DNA from: an uncultured archaeon
Lineage (GTDB): Archaea > Asgardarchaeota > Heimdallarchaeia > Heimdallarchaeales > Kariarchaeaceae
Assembly (NCBI GenBank): GCA_964645535.1
Contig: CAZYCQ010000008.1
Coordinates: 18,696-82,695 of the forward strand
Direction: 5' to 3'
DNA length: 64,000 bases
A program made the translations under genes and the position numbers. Below the pieces are notes generated by a model, which saw only the letters and a program-made list of their open reading frames with translations, was not told the DNA's origin and did not search any database. Shown here piece after piece: positions 59,152-64,000 of the stretch. How positions within the stretch are numbered: position 1 is the stretch's first letter; each line of letters opens with the position of its first letter.

Positions 59152-60537
59152 CTAGGTCGTAATTGCACTGACAACACTGCTCGGCAGGGTGGAAAAGAAG
59201 CATGCACCAGCTGAGTTTATACCTAGCGAGACGAAGACCGGCTGTGAGAAGTTGGAAACGATGGATTCATTCAATTGGAGACTTAAGATCTGTTCATCTT
59301 TAACCATCAATGTTTCATTGACGAATTCCTCACCATCAATGGTAACTTTCGTGATTTCTAGACATGCCAAAGGCAGGAATACTGAACTTTCAAAGTCAAA
59401 TTCAAAAAGAATCACTCGATCATAGTATACATAATGCAACTCATCTGAAGCACCAATGAACGTGTTTGTGAAAGACAGTCGACCAGTAATCGTAGACCCC
59501 TGAATAGTCCCATTGAAAATCGTATACATTGCAGATGTATTTTCAGAACTAACAGCAGACAACTGAAAACCGAGGGTGCCTGTGAGAAGCAACAGCACAA
59601 TGGCTATCACAACTCCCTTTTGGTATGGGAAAGTGGGAGTCTTAACCATGGATTTTCTTCGTTGTGGAGGTGTAGACAAAAGGGAAACAATTGTAAAGAA
59701 TAGAATTAATGGCAATCCCAAAAACGCAAAATCGGGGAAAAAAGCCGAACCCATGGTTGAATTGATTATAAAAACAACAATAATGATCAAAATAATTGAA
59801 GTTGAGAAGCAAACACCTACAATGAAGGGAGTTAAAAGACCAATTCGCCAACCATTTCCTTCAGCAAACTCGGTCACTTGATGCAAAACTGTTATGTAAA
59901 AGGTTCGGAAACCCCCATGAAAGATAAGGAAGAAGGGAAAAATCATCAAAACAGACAAAAGCATTTCGCGAGGAACATGGAGTCCGAAATAAAACAGGGT
60001 TCGATCCATACGTGTTGCATGCACGATGAAAACAAACATAAGCACGGCATTCTGGAAACCATACCCCGAACGGGACGTCCCTTCATGCCTAATCAGGGAA
60101 TCGATTGTCAAATAAAATAAGATCGCAGAAAACAGTACATGGATTGAATTGAATAGGAGTAAATCAGTTTCGGCCAGGAGATAGAACGGAGAGACTGCAA
60201 CATTCGGCAACTCCACAAGGGGGGCGTACCTAAACAAGATAAGGGTTCGAAAGTAAAAAACCAAATGGAGTAAGAAAAGAAGAACATATGCCAAGGTGTC
60301 AGATCTTTTCGTGTAAAGCAGGAGAAAAAAATTGGAAACCAGACCCAGCAGAAGTACAAAATTCATCGGAGGAATAACAGAAAAGGAATGCAGTGAAGGG
60401 GAAAATGAGGTTACTGAAGAATTGTCAACATAAAGCATACGGATACGTATTCTCATAAAAATAGCAATGAGTTGTAGAACAATTAGAAGAAGGTTCAGAA
60501 ACAAGTTAAGTCGGTAACGAACGACCATTTGAGGCAA
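59152..60537 (-). CDS. Hypothetical polytopic membrane protein with C-terminal extracellular domain
   Basis: About 8 TM segments, then a beta-rich domain with two Cys. TTG start. Confidence 0.7.
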   Translation of the reverse strand: MPQMVVRYRLNLFLNLLLIVLQLIAIFMRIRIRMLYVDNSSVTSFSPSLHSFSVIPPMNFVLLLGLVSNFFLLLYTKRSDTLAYVLLFLLHLVFYFRTLILFRYAPLVELPNVAVSPFYLLAETDLLLFNSIHVLFSAILFYLTIDSLIRHEGTSRSGYGFQNAVLMFVFIVHATRMDRTLFYFGLHVPREMLLSVLMIFPFFLIFHGGFRTFYITVLHQVTEFAEGNGWRIGLLTPFIVGVCFSTSIILIIIVVFIINSTMGSAFFPDFAFLGLPLILFFTIVSLLSTPPQRRKSMVKTPTFPYQKGVVIAIVLLLLTGTLGFQLSAVSSENTSAMYTIFNGTIQGSTITGRLSFTNTFIGASDELHYVYYDRVILFEFDFESSVFLPLACLEITKVTIDGEEFVNETLMVKDEQILSLQLNESIVSNFSQPVFVSLGINSAGACFFSTLPSSVVSAITT

Positions 60538-60644
60538 ACCACATTTGAATTTTTATTAAATTTATGAGATTTGAGTGGAGAAACTATTGATCCCCCCAGT
60601 CATCAGTAATGGATGGATGGGCAGATTGGGATTATGCTGAAACA

Positions 60645-61892
60645 TTACCGCTTACGATAAAGTGTAGGGAGGAGGGGTGGAGCCATCTTCACCTTTGGAA
60701 TGTCTTCACCCCTTACCAGAGGAATGAGGAAAAGGAAGGGCAGCGTACCCAATGTATACACGGATGCCGTGATGACAAATGTGGTGCTATATCCAAAACC
60801 TTCAATAAGATAACCCCCAATCACTGCCGAAAAGTTCCAGAACAAGCCCCAGGCAATTGCCTGTACCGAATTCCAACGGCCACGTTGTGTTTTGGGAATA
60901 TAGTCCATCAGAATTGAACGGGACAATGGTTGTGAGGCATTCATCAGGGATCCCCTGAGAAGGAACAAGACCACCAGAACGGGAAACGGAGGATACATTG
61001 AAATGCCGAAAAGACAGGCAATGGCAAGCATCTGCACAATGAAGATCATCAGGGGACGACCCCGTTCCAATGAAAGTCGTTGAGCAAGCAGACCAAAGGT
61101 GCCGGTCAGGATGAACAGCCCTGCCATGATCTCATTGACCACGACCGGAGCAAGATCATAGACCTCATAGAAGAAAATCGGAAAGTAACGGATCGTCATG
61201 CCGGCACCCACCCCGATGATGAGATTGCTGGCAACTACGATATAGGGAACCTTCCGGGAACGAGAACCACCCGATTCTGTCTCTGTAAATGCCTCACTTG
61301 CCTTTCCAATGGCCTTTCGATCATCAAAACGAAGAAGGGGGAAAAGCGAGACCGCGGAAATCGCAAGTCCCACAAGCATCACCTTCCGTAAAATCGTAAG
61401 ATCCCATTCATCCCCCAAGATCATGAACAGCACAATATTCACGATGGGACCAATGGCCATACCCAATTGCTGCAAGAGATGCTTCTGTGCATATTTTGCG
61501 GAACGACCGCCCGAAGGCAATGAATCTGCAAAAATCGCCTCCAAGGAGGGTTGAACCATCCCCTGAAACATCCCCCAGAAGATCAAGGCAAGAACCACCA
61601 AAAATATTGTCGAAGCAATCGACATCAAGGACAGGGCAACGAGGCCGACAAGAAATGCACCCTTGAGAACCAAGTCCCGTCGCACCTTGTCCGCAATCGT
61701 ACCTGCCGGAAAAACAACCAAGGTCATTGCCAAACCTGTAGCAGAAGAGACCCACCCCAGAAGGGAATGGGATTCCCCGGCAAGGAAAAATATGAATGCA
61801 CTGAGTACATTGCCCAGCCAAATCCCCCTTCCAAAGGATTGCAGAAAGGTGAACAGAAGTGTCAGACGGACATTGGGAGAATCGTCGGCCAT
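60645..61892 (-). CDS. MFS transporter
   Basis: About 12 TMs; GTIADKVRR motif A; MDYIPKTQRGRWNS. Confidence 0.9.
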   Translation of the reverse strand: MADDSPNVRLTLLFTFLQSFGRGIWLGNVLSAFIFFLAGESHSLLGWVSSATGLAMTLVVFPAGTIADKVRRDLVLKGAFLVGLVALSLMSIASTIFLVVLALIFWGMFQGMVQPSLEAIFADSLPSGGRSAKYAQKHLLQQLGMAIGPIVNIVLFMILGDEWDLTILRKVMLVGLAISAVSLFPLLRFDDRKAIGKASEAFTETESGGSRSRKVPYIVVASNLIIGVGAGMTIRYFPIFFYEVYDLAPVVVNEIMAGLFILTGTFGLLAQRLSLERGRPLMIFIVQMLAIACLFGISMYPPFPVLVVLFLLRGSLMNASQPLSRSILMDYIPKTQRGRWNSVQAIAWGLFWNFSAVIGGYLIEGFGYSTTFVITASVYTLGTLPFLFLIPLVRGEDIPKVKMAPPLLPTLYRKR

Positions 61893-62069
61893 CAACGAAT
61901 CAACTTTTTTTTACTATTTTAGATTTGTTTAATTGCCCAATGGATTTTGCAAAGGGTGGTAGGTGGGGCCGCAGTCAGCCCCTTTCGAATGGATATGTTG
62001 GCGAACCAACAAACAGAACAGCGATCGTTCCTATAAAAAGAGAGATGTTATCAAGATATGTCAACCATA

Positions 62070-62603
62070 TCATTGCCGATAGGATTCGACCAACTCCACC
62101 ACAAAGGGCTTCCGACCATGGTCAACCTGGATGATCCCGTCCTTCTCCAAGCGTTCTACCTGACCTTTGATCAATGTGGTTCGGCTGAACCCCCGCGCTT
62201 CCTTGATTTGTACGCTGGTTGCCTTCCCCCCATGACGAAGAATGATTTCAAGGGTTTCCTTCAAGGCATTATATTGCCTAGGAACAGATCTGAATTGTTC
62301 AAGATACTTGAGCAGTTTGGGAGATAGAATTGATGAAGTGGACGAAGGAGGTGGTTGCTTCGTCTCAGGTGGTTCAGAAGGAAGAGACCTTTTGGATGAG
62401 CGACCCACGATTGCTAGGATCTGATCTGTTTTCTGCCGGATTTCCTCCAATAGTTTGGGTGTGGCATCAATGGCCTCTTTGCGGTGAAGAGAGAGCAGGT
62501 ATTCCTTTACGGTCATTCCCCGGTCTTGGGCAGCCTTTTTGATGCTTTGATGGACATCCGCGGAAACATAGATGCCAATCATTTTCTGATTTGCCCGCGA
62601 CAT
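62070..62603 (-). CDS. DNA-binding protein: RHH/CopG-like N-terminus + winged-HTH C-terminus
   Basis: KMIGIYVSADVHQSIKKAAQDRGMTVKEYL, a Pro/Ser linker, then ATSVQIKEARGFSRTTLIKGQVERLEKDGIIQV. Start ATG 62603. Confidence 0.7.
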   Translation of the reverse strand: MSRANQKMIGIYVSADVHQSIKKAAQDRGMTVKEYLLSLHRKEAIDATPKLLEEIRQKTDQILAIVGRSSKRSLPSEPPETKQPPPSSTSSILSPKLLKYLEQFRSVPRQYNALKETLEIILRHGGKATSVQIKEARGFSRTTLIKGQVERLEKDGIIQVDHGRKPFVVELVESYRQ

Positions 62604-62653
62604 TGCATCACTTTCATTGGGGAAATAGAAAAACCTTACTATCCGCAAAAAGA

Positions 62654-62764
62654 ATTTAGTCAATTTTTAGACAGACTAAAAAATATAGAGTCAAACATTT
62701 GTTGAAAACAGCACCCAGAGACACACATTAAACATCATTTAGTCAATTGGCAAAATGACCAAAA
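62654..62764. promoter_or_regulatory. Two palindromic operator-like sites TTTAGTC-N12-GAC(T/C)AAA
   Basis: 62655-62680 TTTAGTC aatttttagaca GACTAAA; 62738-62763 TTTAGTC aattggcaaaat GACCAAA; extra half-site at 62769-62775. Confidence 0.55.
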
Positions 62765-64000
62765 ATTGTTTAGTCGACAGCTACGAATCCTATCCGGAAA
62801 GGTTCCACAAACCGTCAAAACAAATTCGATAAGCAGAAAAATAAAACACTGCACCACCAGGATAGCATGCGGATATTACAAGGACACCAAACAAGACATC
62901 AACGCCGAACCCCACCATCACCGACCGATAACCTAGTCAAATGCAGCATCGGATTGGAAAACTTTGCGGGAAGCGGACCACATCCCCACAGGGACATGGA
63001 ATTACAAGATATGCCAGCACCGACCTTTCAGAAGCAGCAAATGATCAACGAACCTAGCGGTTTGGACAAAATATCCCCAACCCCCCGTTTCAGCACCATA
63101 CCCCAAAAGGAAGAATCCATTGGAACGAGGAAACTTGAACAAGACCCATAGTTGAAAATCACCCAAACCCCACAGCATACATTTTTCTGACGGTTCATCC
63201 CCTTACACATAATTAGACATACTTCCCGAGAGGAAAACAAGTAGAGCCCCAGATCCAGCACCGACCCCCAATGAAATCGACACCCGAACTTTCACGCATA
63301 CGAAACCCAACAAGAGAATCCACAAGACCCCAACAACCATACAGCACCATAAAAAGATGAACGGAAACTACACCTGCACCAAAAACAACTACCATGGAAT
63401 CAGCGATCATCGACATCCGAAAATCCGCAAATAAAAACGACCCTATGAGCAACCCCTAAACAATAGGCAGAGACACATGCAACAACATGAAACAAATGGC
63501 GAATGAAACAGTGAAAAATGCAACTACAAAGAAACGAAGAACCATTTGCAAGAGAAAAAGGACAAGAATCAGAACGAGCAAGTAACCATGAAGGTTCACC
63601 ACACTACAGCCTGAAGACAAATGATAGAGCCGCAGAGGAAAATCATAATACCTAATAAACACCAAATACCCGACCCACCCAAGACCAAAAAAAGAGAGAA
63701 ATCACAGAAGCATTTCAGAAAAACATATCACCAACAGAATCGCCCTAGCCCCAACGTAAAGGATGCACCGATGGACATCAACAACAATATAAAACCATAT
63801 ACCTGCGAAGCACCCGCTAAAGAAAACTTTGCGAATTGTTAAATGAAAACATAAATTATTAAGACACATAACTAATAAAAAAATCCAAAAATCGATCGAA
63901 ACATAGCTTGAGGCACGAAAATAAAATATTGAACACAATCAGACCAACATGTCAAAGAAGTGAGACAAAGTCAATTCATTTTAATTAATTAAATTAGATG

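Noticed and set aside
61950-62030. Possible tRNA or tRNA fragment (att site) near the RHH gene
   Set aside because: No acceptor stem or T-loop consensus (GTTCRAATC) can be assembled; kept only as hairpins.

Overview
Gene-dense, mostly protein-coding window that looks archaeal and most likely comes from an Asgard archaeon (Heimdallarchaeia-like). This is an inference from: six longin/roadblock-like domains in five genes, a longin+DENN-like protein, an LRR-GTPase fusion, a PGF-CTERM surface protein, DUF99, a Thermococcales-type GH13_7 amylase and a membrane-tethered wHTH regulator. Recognisable housekeeping genes are valS, thrB, thrC, a Ser/Thr dehydratase, tag, an RNase III-like gene and oligopeptidase B. 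The window also holds several GNATs, an orphan Dam-like methylase sitting between thrB and thrC, and a cluster of surface-anchored hydrolases. The best candidates for undescribed systems are: (1) a coupled operon with a class-3 lipase between proteins built from a repeated [alpha/beta + helical + longin] module (37.2-42.7 kb); (2) a secreted caspase/CHAT-fold (HG...C) protein with a hydrophobic C-terminal cargo in an AT-rich island (9.4-11.8 kb); (3) a longin + folliculin/DENN-like protein (47.3 kb) and a 7TM-longin fusion (4.3 kb); (4) a four-gene coupled operon with two Ca-binding propeller/TSP3-like surface proteins and two membrane proteins (18.7-25.4 kb). The right end has an RHH+wHTH gene, two palindromic operator-like sites and a strongly strand-skewed region. 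I saw no rRNA, tRNA, CRISPR array or transposase. All calls are from motif recognition by eye; no searches were run.
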